A stretch of DNA of 64,000 bases from Dimorphilus gyrociliatus (GCA_904063045.1 CAJFCJ010000007.1:1802222-1866221), one strand, 5' to 3'. Counted from the first letter of the stretch, positions 45,359 to 58,800 are shown. Notes: generated by a model not told the origin, from the letters alone. Made by a program: numbers and translations.

Positions 45359-48007
45359 TATAAAACAATGAGGATAAAGCTCTTTGCGTACTCTCAGCGA
45401 TTGTGATTTTTATTTGATATTTTTTATACTTTTTATAGTATTATAAGTTAATACCTATATTTTGATTCTTACTTAATGCAAGTGTCATAAACTTTAGAAA
45501 TTTTCCATACCATATAAATCATTAAAGTTATGTTACTTAAAAAATCGTGCTTTCAGTTAAAATATATTATAAAAAAAATTGTGTCAATATTTCATCTATT
45601 AGTTCAAAAAGAAATTTATCCTTGTACTTAAATTAGTACTTATTATGAGTTGAATATTTATAATATATGATTAAGATGACTACCTGGAAAAGCCAAATTC
45701 GATAAACAATCTAGCAATTCAACACTTTCCCATTTCCTCTGGAAGGGAAAACTAGAGATCAAAACTATTTTTTTTTCCTATACTATACCCCTATATCATA
45801 AAATCTCTATCACAAAAGAATGCTTTTAGGAAGTCGGCCAAACTTATTCCAAACTTTTAAAAATTACAAATTAGACTTGACATTCATAATTTAGTAGGCT
45901 GATTTGAGTTCTGGAAGAATAGGAATCCATAGTAAAGTATGCGCTTTGATGCATACGAAGAAAGCTTGTAATTAAGACAATAAAAGACAAGTTGCCACAA
46001 CAAGAAACAAACTAGCAGATTGTCGGTTGAAAGAGCAAACATGAATTATAGATTGCGCGTCCTCGAAAAGCTAATACGAATTGGACTGTATACGCTATTA
46101 CGTCTGAATCCGCGTGGGAATTCATAAAAAACTGGCTTAAAATTTAAATTTCAGACAGAGTAATTCTTCAATGAATATACAAAGTAATATAGAAAATACC
46201 ATAAAAGAAAAGAGCTGGATGATGAAACGCGCACTGACTCGCCATAAAACGCACTCGTAAATAAATTAAAAAGAACGCGTATAGTTTATGCATGATTCGC
46301 TCAATCTGCTAGGTGCGCAAATGGACAAGTAGTGATTGGACTATTGTTATTCATGCCCAACCGAAAGCTTGTTGGAGTTAGTTGTACATTTTGCATGTAT
46401 TTTTTTTATAAACTATTCTGCCCTCTCGGAAGCCTATTGAATACAGAACTGCTGTTCAAAGCAAATATTCACATGCATATTATAAAGTGCGTTCCGGTCT
46501 ATAAGGCAGGGATTTGTATCTTTGATGAAATCACCGGCCCGTGTTGGTTCGCATATATTTTTTATAGACTTACTTCTATGCTTCAGCTGTAAAAAAAATT
46601 ATGAATGCTTTTTCTAGAGTCATATTTAGCATGAACTCAGATAATAAAAGTATTCAAATGTTTAATTGCATATATTAGTACAATTAGTAGTATATGAACA
46701 ACGCAAACCTTTATATACACAGTTTATTGTATATATTGTTCCCTATTTACTCATTATCGCTTATCGAATTCTTATATGTAGTTATTGATTACTGCTTCCA
46801 ACTTGTCGACTTATCGCCCCTGTAACGCTTTTCTCACACGTTTCCTTATTGAAATTCGTTCGAGAAACAGTTGGTCGAAACTTGAGAAGCGTTTATTGCG
46901 TTAACAGCGAATAATTATCTGTATTATATGCATAATTTATATGTCGAGTATGGCGTTAAATTTCGTTTGAAGTTAGTAAAAATACGTTCTCTCGATTGTT
47001 ATAATCGAATAAGGAGTTCAGATGATTTTTTTTCAAGCTCATTCAGAAAAGTATGATTTAATTATATGATATCGATCTTGAACGCTTTATACGACTGCCT
47101 AGTTCCTCATGAGATTTGGCAGATGTTAAAGAGCAAAGGATCTTCAGGCCTACTAGATATGTTTTATAAGTGTTTACACTGTTTGATGAACAAATTTGCA
47201 TCGAGTTCCACTGCTATTTATGAAAAAAAAATGTAAAAAGTTCTTTTCAACTGCATTATATTTTAATGGCTGGATACCTTAAGAGAGAATAATAAATTTA
47301 GTGTTTTCTATATTAGTAGAATTGTACTTACTATAATATTTTGCAGGTAAAAAATTGACATAAATTATTTATATCGGGGACTATTTAAGAAAGGATTGAC
47401 AACGAAAGTATAGTTATTTAATTTAAAAGAATTTTTACGAATTAACAAAAAAATTTTCTAAAGAAATGTGCTCAATGATAAAATCATTTTTTTGGAAGTT
47501 TTATTTGTTACCAGAAAGCAACTAGCGATAATTTCTAACGTGGTACTTGTTTACATTTTCATAATTTCCGGCTCTTGCGAATCTATGAATACGAAATCTG
47601 TTCAAGTCCCATCCCTCTTATTTCATGATATCAGCAGTTATCAGATATAGACACTCTCGTCATCTTCCGTTATAGTCTCTATCTCAATATACGAGCTTCC
47701 CGTTATTTAAATTTTATCAACAAAATCCTCTTCCGCAGGCAGAGTCTTTTAACTCAAATTTTATACTTTAAAATGCATTTTAGAAAATTCATAACTTCAT
47801 TCAACCGGTTTAAAAGATGGTTTCTTTAAGGATTTGGCAGTAGGTGATCGGTGAAATTTCCTTTTACGATAAAGCTGCTATTGGCCATGAATATTCAGCT
47901 TGACGTTCATTGGCTGTTTCGTTAAGTCACGTGAGTATCGGCACAAGTAGAAGAATTGCCGTTTGTTTTCATTGTTTGTCAGTGACGCCAGACACGTGTT
48001 GAACAAT

Positions 48008-49762
48008 ATGCCACAAGTGCTTACAAGACGTCCCCACTATCGAAGGTATTCTACAGGTGACGATTCAGAAACGTCCATTTCAGGTATTTATTTAACAAAT
48101 TTTTTAGTTTTTTCGTGATCTAATTTTCTTCGTTTCGAGCTTTTATGATAGTTTTTCCCTTTATCTTTTCAATTACGATCTGGTAATATTGATGAGTTTA
48201 CTTTAAACGTCTGTTATTGTTTAAAGTAAAGTGCACAATATCAACCAAAGATAATTTCACAAAGTTACGAATTATGAAATTCTCTTTGGAGAATTGAACA
48301 GATGTTGCTTTTCGATGTTTAACATTTTCAGCCAATATACAGGTAACTCTTGCCGTTTTCGCTATCAGTGACTAGACAAGCTTATAATGTTAAATGGATT
48401 TAACAACTAAGAAATAATTTTTGTCTTCATTTCACAGACGTGACATCACGATCATCAACACCTCAAACAGAAACTAGTAGTGGCGTCACCTGTGAAACGT
48501 CGGCGTTTGAAGTGGCCGCTCTATATGCACTACCGAGCCGTAAGTATACAATCTGACGCCTTAGGGATGGCACAGACTGATGATGCTTTCCAACCGTCTC
48601 TGCGGAACGCGATTATTAGTTTAGTATACGGTATAAAATGCACTATCCGTTGCAGCTTCGCTGATTAGCGAACGTATGAAATTGTGCGAAGGAAAAGTGA
48701 GTTGCACGGATATTTGTCGGATGTACGCCAGATCTAGAATGATTCAGGCCGCTCGCGAAGCTCATCTTTCGCTGATTACGAAATGCTCTAATTGCGATAA
48801 AACATTTGCTACTCCTCACGGTCTTGAAGTTCATTCTAGACGCTGCAATCAATCGACAGAATCTTGCAAACAAGAGAGAACATTTGAGTGTAAAGAATGT
48901 GGAAAGAGTTTCAAGAGATCTTCAACGCTCTCAACTCATCTGCTTATTCATAGCGACACTCGGCCATTTGCCTGTCCTTTCTGCAGCAAGCGCTTCCATC
49001 AGAAATCGGACATGAAGAAACACACCTATATTCACACCGGTAAGCTCCGCCCATTTGTGCATAATGCATACACTGACATTTCGATGATGCCGAGAATTGC
49101 CGAGAATTGTCCGTTCTCTCGGGAAATCATAACATGACGCCGCACGCGACGCGAGCACCTTTTACTCTTTTTTATTTCTCGTACACAGCATGTTTTAATG
49201 GCAGGTGCGATGTAATCGAATCGGTTCTATTTACACGACCCTCACTTTTTATAAAGTATCTTTTGTATTTAAAAAATACATATGTATTTGTAATACTAAT
49301 TCAATATATGCATATGTGTAACTATTATATCATTAGAATATTTACTCCTTAATGAACAATTGATTATTTTATTCGCACAATCTGCAAATCTCATGCACAT
49401 AAGTTCTTTACCTTGCGGCGTCATTCAACCAGTTCAAAGCATCTATTTAGCTGTACATTTGCAATTCGTTCAATAAGTATTTGTATTCGATACGTGTATA
49501 TTTTATAGGAGAGAAGCCTTACATCTGCACGGTCTGTGGAAAAGCGTTTAGCCAGTCCTCGAACTTAATAACACATAGCCGTAAGCACACGGGGTTCAAG
49601 CCTTTCTCGTGTTCGCGATGCAACCGAGCTTTCCAAAGGAAGGTCGATTTAAGACGACACTTGGAGTCGCAACACGGAGAGATCCTGCCCCAGAGAACTC
49701 GCGTCTCTCCTATGCCTCAACGAAGACCATCTCGACAAATTGCCATGTCATTAGATCAGTAA
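48008..49762 (+). CDS. GFI1: GFI1/senseless-family C2H2 zinc-finger repressor
   Basis: Fingers [49 protein letters not shown]|[25 protein letters not shown] and [10 protein letters not shown] are diagnostic. The 5' exons (48008-48083, 48438-48539, then from 48656) are my reconstruction. Confidence 0.9.
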
Positions 49763-49919
49763 GATAGTCATAAAAAACTGATTCATTAATTGTTTACATG
49801 GATTTTTTTTGTACATATTGTATATCTATGTAATATACATTTATTATTTTATTTTGTATATACTTTATAGGATTAATTAGCTTATCTTTACAATGTTTTA
49901 AAATAAAAATACAAATAGT

Positions 49920-52649
49920 TTAAACTTCAGTAGCAGTTTGGTTAATTTCTATACTAGTCCGAGTTACACAGGAGGGCTTCATTTCGATCTCTCTAGGTCT
50001 TTTCCAGTTATCCACCTCGGATATTGAAGAAGATCGCGATGCCTGAATTTGTCGACCAGCAAAAATTTTGCTACTATATCCTGAATCTGGGTTACTGCCA
50101 GAATCTGCTTTACTATGATGAGCAAATGGTGACTTTGCTGCATCTAAGGATTCGTGATGAACATCAACCACTATAGTATGAGAATCAGCTCTACCATCTG
50201 GTGATGATTTGCTATTGGGTTTTTCTTGGCGGGTGGAGAGGGAAAGAGACTCATCGGATCTGGAGCGATAGATAGGTACTGGTCTAGTGGTGGTGGAGCG
50301 AGACCTAGGTCTGAAACTTGACACATGTACTGCATTCCGAACCAAATGTGTCTGGGAATTTAATTGATTTGTCAAGTAATTATAATGCAAGTCAAGCTCG
50401 TCATGAGTGATCCTTCTCTCCGCGGCTAATCTGTCATCCAAATGCCTTACATGAGCCATTCTCTCGTCCTGAAGACGATCGCGAGTCCAATTTCCCAGGG
50501 CGTGAACTTGTCGAGTTGTTCTTCGATCAAGGGCCTCCAACCTGTCGGCCAAAGTACGTTGTCTATGTTCGATGTGCTCATATAAAGATTCTTCCCCTGC
50601 CTCAACACGAGCCTCCAATTGTTTGAGAATTTGGGGAGCACAATTACATATGGGTGCGTAGCCTATTGGACCCTGTTTTACATTTCCTGCCAAATCTCTA
50701 TAATACTGTATTCCATCTCGAGACTTGTACTCATTTAAAAGCCCGCTAACTGTGCTGGTACCGTGAGATTTTACATTTCGGACTTTCGAAGGAGACATTC
50801 CATGCATTTTACCTGGACCATCAATAGCACCATAAAAACCATATAAGCAATCACTTGCTGGTATTTGTGTTGATGTTCCGGTCGATACAGCGATTCTTTC
50901 CCTACTAATAGATCTACTCGGTTTATCGTCTTTTTTAGCGCTCGATTTCCGCTTAAAGAAGAATCCTTTCTTTTCTTTTCTTTCGGGCTGATCGACGAAC
51001 TGCATGCGCAATTTTTCCTTCTCCTTTTTCATTTTTTCTTTTCGTTGTTCTTTGGATATCTGTTGGCAAAGACTAAGTAAATAATATATAAATTTCAAGT
51101 ATGCCTCAGAGACCTTTGGCTGCGACTCAATTAAGTCGATTATTTCTTTTTGATCTTTTCGTCGTCCCAAACTAGCTGCCGTTTCATTTTGCTGGAAAAA
51201 TTTCAAATGTTAATTTGTAAAAAAAAACGAAAAAAAAACCTTGTTCCGTATTTCTACATCAATTGCCGCATCCAACAACAGTTTAGCTATCTTTCTACGT
51301 TTTAAAGCTGCAGCAACATGTAATGACGTATCACCATTCTATATTATAAATAAATACTTGTAATTGCTATTTCTTTCATTAATCATGTACTTAAATACCT
51401 ACCTTATTTTGTTCATCAACATTGCATCCAGCTCCTATCAGTATTCTGGTAACTCCTGCATGACCGTATCTTGCTGCAGTATGCAGAGGTGTATCTCCAT
51501 ACTGGAATAAAAGTATATTAGCGAAAGAAAGCAGAAAGTATAATTTTACATTATTTTTATGATCTACACTTAACGATCGTGCATAAAGAAGTATTCTGGC
51601 GCTTTGATTATGTCCATTTTGAGCAGCCATATGTAACGCAGTAAATCCTCCTTTATTTAAAATCATTACATTTGCCTTATATTGCAATAGAATTTCTAGA
51701 GTCTGACTATAACCATTCCAGGCCGCTTCATGAAGGGGAGCATTGCCATGCTGGAAAAAAAATGCTATAGATGCATCATATATCTTAGAATATATCTTAC
51801 CACGTTGTCTTGAATGTCGATAGTTGCCCCTTCAAGCAATAAAACTTTAACGACTGAAACATGTCCTTGAGCTGCTGCTCGATGCAAAGCCGTATAACCA
51901 TGCTATTTAATAAAACAGAATGATAGCTTTCCATATAATTTCTTGAATAATTTTGTAAGACAAACCGAATCTTGGGCATCGACATAACAGCCAGGTTGTT
52001 GAGATAGCAATTGAGCTATTTCTTCGTGACCTCCTAAAGCGGCATAGTGAAGAGCCGTCCTACCCTCCTTTTTAAAAAATATTGGTAAGAAAAAATCATG
52101 AACTTTGTGATTATACTTAATACCCTGTCGGATTCAAATTTAGCACCAATCGATATCAACTGTCGAACCCCTTCAATGTGACCCTTACTTGCAGCCAATC
52201 TAAGTTTGTCGGACTGAGTTACACCAGATATAAAGCCTGTTTCATTTCCCATTGGCACTGTTAACAAAAAAATATTGATTATTTAAAGGAAGGTAATCTT
52301 CAAACGATAATAATTTGATCAAAAGTCACTTAAATACAACAAAATGTCAGTTTTTGCGATCAGTCACAAAACCGCGCCATAACTCACTTATACATGTATT
52401 ATCCATGTCGACTGCTTCCACAAGTTCAGAGTTTTCAAGAAACTGATCTATTTCATTTTTGTGTAAAATGTCGTTTGTTTTCTTTCTCAAACCTCGTTCA
52501 ATCAGTCGACTAGAACGTTCAATATTTTGAAGCAGTAAATCCTTTTCACGTGCCAAGCGATCAATTGAGGCATCGCTTTCACAAGTTTCCTCAATAGTTG
52601 TATTAGAATTATCCATGGTTCGGCTCTTTTTATTGGGAGAGAGAGCCAT
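49920..52649 (-). CDS. ANKRD6: Ankyrin repeat domain 6 (diversin/diego-like)
   Basis: Ankyrin exons DKLRLAASKGH, GNAPLHEAAWNG, GFTALHMAAQNGHNQSARILL, GDTPLHTAARYGH and GDTSLHVAAAL follow the ANKRD6 order. Large C-terminal exon 49920-51206. The start is either ATG 52252 or ATG 52649 via intron 52258-52387 (GTGAGT donor, in frame). Confidence 0.82.
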
Positions 52650-53155
52650 GTATATTAAGATATTTAGAATTATTATACACCTAGATTTCCGTTGGCAGCG
52701 TCTGGTGGGCGAAAATTCAAACAAATAGTAGACTGGATACCCATTCTGCGTTCAAATTTCAATACGGAACACAGGACAACACAAGACGTGGAATACAATC
52801 TTAACGCGCGCAAATAGGAAATACTAAAATATTACGAATACAAAGCGAATAATAAAGCCGAAAAGTAATCCGAAACATGGTAAAAGTAGTTGCAAACATA
52901 CCAGTAAGACCGCATTTTGAACACTGCTCCGATTTGTTTGACCGTAAAAACTTTTGCTTATCGACACAACTTGTCGAGTAAGCTCTACCTCTTACTTCAG
53001 GTAGATTTATTGTTACGTACTTCTCAGCTATGATTTTTTCTTCTTTAACTTTCCGTGGATTTTGCTTAGTGATATGGAAGAGAGATTTCCAGCGCTTTTG
53101 CATACCGCGACCAAGTATATTATTTCAATGAAAGCGTATTGGAAACGATAGGAAT

Positions 53156-53170
53156 CACGCCACCTGGTGA
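53156..53170 (-). promoter_or_regulatory. CTCF-like motif between ANKRD6 and cytochrome b5
   Basis: TCACCAGGTGGCGTG on the minus strand. Confidence 0.4.
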
Positions 53171-53502
53171 ACGTATATGTTACTTACAAAGAGGAAGAAT
53201 AGTACTGATTTCTGTTTCTGTAGAACTCTCTGATTGATCTCCCTCCGCAAAGAGATCAGGTCTCGATTTTCGAAAAAAATAATCCATTAAAACCTGAGTG
53301 TTAAGAATGACCGTTAACGTTGAAATGAATACCACTCAGATAAAATTAACTCAGCAATTCGAAAGTCGCCAAATTTGAATAAGATTGTAGGCCTATGTTA
53401 AATTTTTTGCTTGTTAGAGCTACATGTGGTATAAAATAGTGTAATCTGCATGAAACTGTAAACTATGAGAGTGCGTTACATATTTTTGCATTATCAATTG
53501 TC

Positions 53503-53822
53503 ATGGCTAACGCAACTAAAGATATCAAACACTTTACCGAACAGGAAGTTTCACAACACTGTGATCATAGATCTTGTTGGATAATCATCAATGATAATGT
53601 GTATGATGTTACTAAATTTTTATTTGATCATCCTGCCGGATGCGACATAATTCTAGGTATTTATTACAAGAAATTTATCTACTTTATTAAACGATTAATT
53701 TTTGGGCATGTATAATAGAGCATGGTGGGAGAAATGCAACATTGCCTTTTTCATCTGCTGGACATAGTTCATTGACTGATAATCTACTAAAGGATTTTAT
53801 GATTGGTCGATTACATAATTGA
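53503..53822 (+). CDS. Small cytochrome b5-like heme protein, 2 exons, about 85 aa, no membrane anchor
   Basis: CWIIINDNVYDVTKFLFDHPAGCDIIL|EHGGRNATLPFSSAGHS..FMIGRL. Both axial His motifs (HPAG, GHS) are present. Confidence 0.85.
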
Positions 53823-54263
53823 AAAGTGAAAGTTGAACTTGGAAATCTTTAGATATGCTCATTTAGATCTTAGAGATTAATTAGTAGCTTTATGCGGGTT
53901 TGGATAGTCATTTCACTTCAAGTTTATTAAACAAGATGATCTTTTTAATTTTAAATTTAAGCATTTTAGATGACAATTAAATAAGTAAGATGAGCGTTGT
54001 AGCAATCATATGATATAACTAAAATTTCAGTTTCCTGTAGCTGCTCAGAGGGGAATAAATTTTTTCCGTTTTCAGAATTTAATTATTAGTATAATTCGAA
54101 TAAATGCTAACTCACTAAAAGGTTACTTAATTGTAAAAATTATTAAGTTTTAGTATGAATAAATAGAAAAAAAATCTTTAAAAATAAAGTACTGTATTTG
54201 CAGAAATGTTTTACAGCGTAAATGTCTATCTTAACCTTGACGTCAATTAAAAGTTAAATAAAT

Positions 54264-55364
54264 TTACATTTCGGTTGACTTAAAATAATCATCATCAATG
54301 GTGGTGTAGACCATTCCAAGATCAGCCAATTTATCCATAATTGCTCTGAAAATATATTACGAGCATTATCAGACGTTTGGACAAGCTGTAAGATTTATAT
54401 ACCTTACGGATTTTTCATTAAGGCCACTCGATGATATTAAATTATCAATTCGAATTCCTTCCTCGTTTTTGTTTTCGCTAACCAGTCTAAAAAGCTGTTT
54501 CATATCTAGTGTCATACCTGAATTTCCTTCTTCAGTCCCTGTTCCATGCATACCTTTGGATTGGTCTGATGAGCCGTTTTGACCATTGAAACTTTGTTCA
54601 AAGTCTAATTGAGAATGTATAACACTGAGGATATGTGCTGTCCACTCGTTCATATCAGCTACTTGGATACACCTATAACCTGAAACTGTTCTCTTGTCAT
54701 TGAAAACTCTCAGTTGTCCAAATACACGAACAAATGAATTTTCTCGGATTACATCTTGGGGATTTGTTGGTTCTTCCGTCTGAAAAAACGCAAAAGAAGT
54801 TAATTCAACAATTCGTAAGGATTTATTTTAAGTTTTGTAATATTCCGAACCTCAATGAAATGACGAACAGATACCAAAGGACCAGTGAAATCTTCCATCT
54901 CATAGTCAATTTTATTGTCCGTTGCCTTAATAGTTCTAACAAAGCCAATAAAAGTGAATTGTGAAAATTCAAGTCCAGAGTTCAATATAAAACGTTCATC
55001 TTCTTGCTTAGCTGTTAATAACTGGGCAATAGTAACAGGGACAATTTGTTGCGGTCTATCTCTGGATCGTTTTTGTTGTCCTGGAGTTGAAGCCATGTAA
55101 CCGGCGGCTGATTTATAAATGTCAAATTTAATTAATTTGAAAATAAATGAATAATATAAAAGGAATTAAATGTCTATTTACCTGTATCACTATTCGTTCC
55201 ATAGGATGTATTAAAGGAGCCGCTTGCTGAAAAATTACGATTATAAAGTCCAGTTGAAAAAAGGAATACAATTTTCTCAATAACGTTGTTAGAGAAAGAA
55301 TACTGAAAAGTGATGTTATTTCAAAAGATTCAAAATATACTTCACTACCTTGTTGTTGAAACAT
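54264..55364 (-). CDS. RPA2: Replication protein A 32 kDa subunit
   Basis: QQIVPVTIAQLL, an OB fold (VRVFGQLRVFNDKRTVSGY), and a winged-helix C-terminus DLGMVYTTIDDDYFKSTEM* (stop 54264-54266). Short first exon MFQQQG. Confidence 0.92.
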
Positions 55365-55837
55365 AATTTTAAGGATTACTTATAGTCAATATTTCAGAAA
55401 ATATCTGATTTCATGGATTCACAAAAATTTTTGAAAGGAAGCTTCCGGTGAGCGTTGGCGGGGTGCGTGATATTTTTTTGCGCCTAAAAAGTCTGTTGTG
55501 TTTTGCCTCAGCTGGAAGAATGATACAATTTATGTTCAGTGAATTGACCAAATGAAATATTTTGAGTGCATAGTTTCCTGGGTTGTAAATAGATTTATAA
55601 AAATAAAAACCACTGAACGCTTGTCATAAGTTCAAATACTTTAGGGTAATTCTATTATTGATAGGTATATTTTGATCAATGAATATGAACAATAAATACG
55701 TGTGACAGTTTAAAGCGTGTTACGTATACAATAATAATAGTAGTAGGAGCATAACAATATTTATACAGGAAAAACATCTAACAACACGTGTTGTGTCGCT
55801 AAAACTCGATATGGACGTTTGTGTATCACAGTCGATG

Positions 55838-58800
55838 CTAAGATTTGCCTTTGCTTGCCGATTTTTTCTTTACGGATAAGTCTTCAGGCAGATCATCCTT
55901 CTTCACTGACAAATCTTGAGGAGGCGAAGGTGAAGCTGTTGATGCCACCGCTTCTGGTTGCTGCATTAAGCTAGCATAGTTCATTACACTGCTAGCTGCA
56001 AGTAACGGGTTAAAGAATAGAGGATTGTAAGCAAGAGCTTGTTGTTGTGCTAACAAATGCAAGTGAGCCAGACCATATAAATCATTTGCTGGATTCAGAA
56101 CATTGCCAGCACCACTAACTGCTGCAGCCGATACATCATCAGCTGCTGGTAACCTCCTTTTTTCCAAATCAGCAGGTAAACGCCACTCGGGTAATGATAG
56201 AACAAAATACCACGCAGGATCAACGTCGTAAGACGGATGATCTCGAAGCCATTGAGATAAATTCTTCAATAGCGGGGCCTTTGAGGAGGTTAACTTTTTG
56301 CCACTTCTTCTGTTTATTACAGATACACTTTCAGATCCAGTGAGCGATTCAAAATCTGTTTTATAATTGGAATTCTTAATATCGAAACCCGCTAATCCTG
56401 GAAATGAATTCAATTGCGATTGTAATAACCAGTTTTGTAACTGTTTAGATGCGTCATCTTGAGCTGAACTCTCACGATTATGCCTTTTATGTATTGCTAC
56501 CCTTAAGTTTTCATCCTTCTGATCTTCCACCTGAGATGAAGCTGGTGTGCTACTTCTGGAAGATGATTGAGCTGGCGCTCTTTTTGGCCATTCTCCTGTT
56601 AGAACGGTTTCACAAACATCGCTAAGACGATTTAAAACAATTTTATATTTTGGCCAAACGTCATTTATGTTATGCCAAGAGGCATTTTCTACATCCTCTG
56701 AATCGGTTTCGTTAGACAAATTAGTTAATCTTTTGAAACTAGCTTCATCGTCCCTCATACAATAATATGCACTTTTAGATAACCCATGCTTAGCTGCTGC
56801 AGAGAGTAAGTATTTGTCGTGAAGTCCTGATTCATACCAAGAAGGTAGCTCATTACTTGGAGAACACAATTTTAATCTTTCCTCAAGCAGACTATGATTC
56901 AAAACTTCTTCCCGGATTTTGTTTAAAAGAGACACTCGAAAAAGTACTTTCGTAGCTTTTTCCTCGCTTATCGGTTCAATTGTTGATTCTTCATCACCAT
57001 CTTTGCTGGTTACTCGTTTACACATTGCTAGAAACGCATTGGCATATTCAGTTAAAGTTTCATCATATTTTTTATCTAAACGGGACATAGACTTGAATGT
57101 GTCCCAAACAAATTGTCCATCATTTGTCTTTTCTAAGCCATAATTAGATACAACTCTGTAAAAATCATTTTCTTCTCGCTTTGACCATTTCTGTTTTGCA
57201 TCTAATCGTAACTTTTCACGTTCTTTGCTCTCCGCTTCTGCTCGTTCGCGTTTCTCTATTCTACGAGCAGACTTTTGTAATTTTTGCTGAACTCGCTTAA
57301 AATCTTTCTGATAAGCGGAAACTAATTTTCTGACACGTGCATTCAAATCATTTACCGACGGTAAAGCGACATAATCTTCGCTATCTCCAGGTCCATTGGT
57401 CGTAACAGATGCCCCCTCCGCTTCACTATCCTCTTTATCTTCATCGTCTTCTTCTTCATCATCTTTCAATTCAGCAGCAAGAGCTTTGTCATCAGGTGGT
57501 CCACATCTCTTCAGAAAACATAGACAAGAATCCTGACGCATTGAATTGTAACGACCGAAGCCATGTTTGAAAATTCCAATAACTAATGACTTATCTGCCT
57601 CCTCATCCCACCACTCAGAAGGCTTTTCAACATCGGAACAAGAAACAACCGGTACATTGATCTCACTGAAAAATCAAACACTTCAGAGTGTGATAGGAGG
57701 ATTGCAATATGTTATTACCTAAAATTTTCATTACTAAGAATTTTTTCTGCTTCGTTTCCGATTACTTCTTGTTTTACATAAAACAATAAACGAATCCTTA
57801 ATAAAATTCTGAAATTCAACAAAAAATTACTTCTATTAAAAATTCCAAATAATTACTTACTTATTTGAATGCTTGTCCAAGTGCTTCCGATAACCTTCAT
57901 CTATAAGTAATTTAAGAGGATCTTCTAGAGATGATAAATCAATATCTTTATTCTCGGTTTTTTTCTTATTTTTTCTACCCCGTGGAACTGGATCAGATAA
58001 ACCACTATGACCTTTCTGTCCAGCTTTACCTTGAATGAGATCCACAATGAAGGATTTGATTTTTTCGTCGCCGTTGTATTGCGATATGCAATATGTAAGA
58101 ATTGCTGTGCTCAACTTTTCGCAGTCAGTGCTGCTTAAATCACGTTTGAAACGACATCGTTCGCAAATCTCTTTCCATCGGCTCCAACCATAAGTCATTA
58201 GATATTTTTCAACTTTAAAACATTCAGTTCTTGAATATCCATCACCATATTCGTCAATAACAAAATCTTCGTCGTCATCTTTCTTCGGCATTCTACGTAT
58301 TGGTTTTACGCATTTTCTCCCTCGTTTCTTGCCTACCTGTTCAATTGAAGCTGCCAAATCAGGATCAGATTCTTCAGTAGAATCTAGATCAGAAATTTCG
58401 TCTAATAGGTCCTGATTACCAAATCGAGTAATTTTTTTTCGATGTCGAGGTTGAAGAATAATCAGGTCGTTCTATTGAATTACATAACAAAAACATATAT
58501 CAAATAATTTAAGACGATAGAAGGATAACGTTACCTTATCGCTATTACTACCAAGTTCAACTTCTGCTTTTTTAGCCCATTTCTGCCAAAAGTTAGGATC
58601 GTCAATATCAATATCATTACGATTCCCAGAAGCACTGAATGACGCTTTGGCAAAAGTTGAATTTTTTTCTCCACTCTCTAATTGAATAACCTGAGTTCGC
58701 CTTTGCAAAATTTGATCAATATCTTCTTCACAAAACTGATCAGCTGCGGAGTCATCATCCATAATGGCCCCATAGGCACCTTTTTTCAGCAAGTCCTCTA

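Noticed and set aside
46825-46893. Imperfect ~70-nt hairpin (AACGCT-TTCTCA ... TGAGAA-GCGTT) upstream of GFI1
   Set aside because: The stem is too bulged and short for a confident pre-miRNA, and I recognise no known mature miRNA.
52801-53103. 100-aa minus-strand ORF MQKRWKSLF..
   Set aside because: No domain recognised and no clean in-frame splice to the ANKRD6 exon downstream. It may be UTR or promoter sequence.
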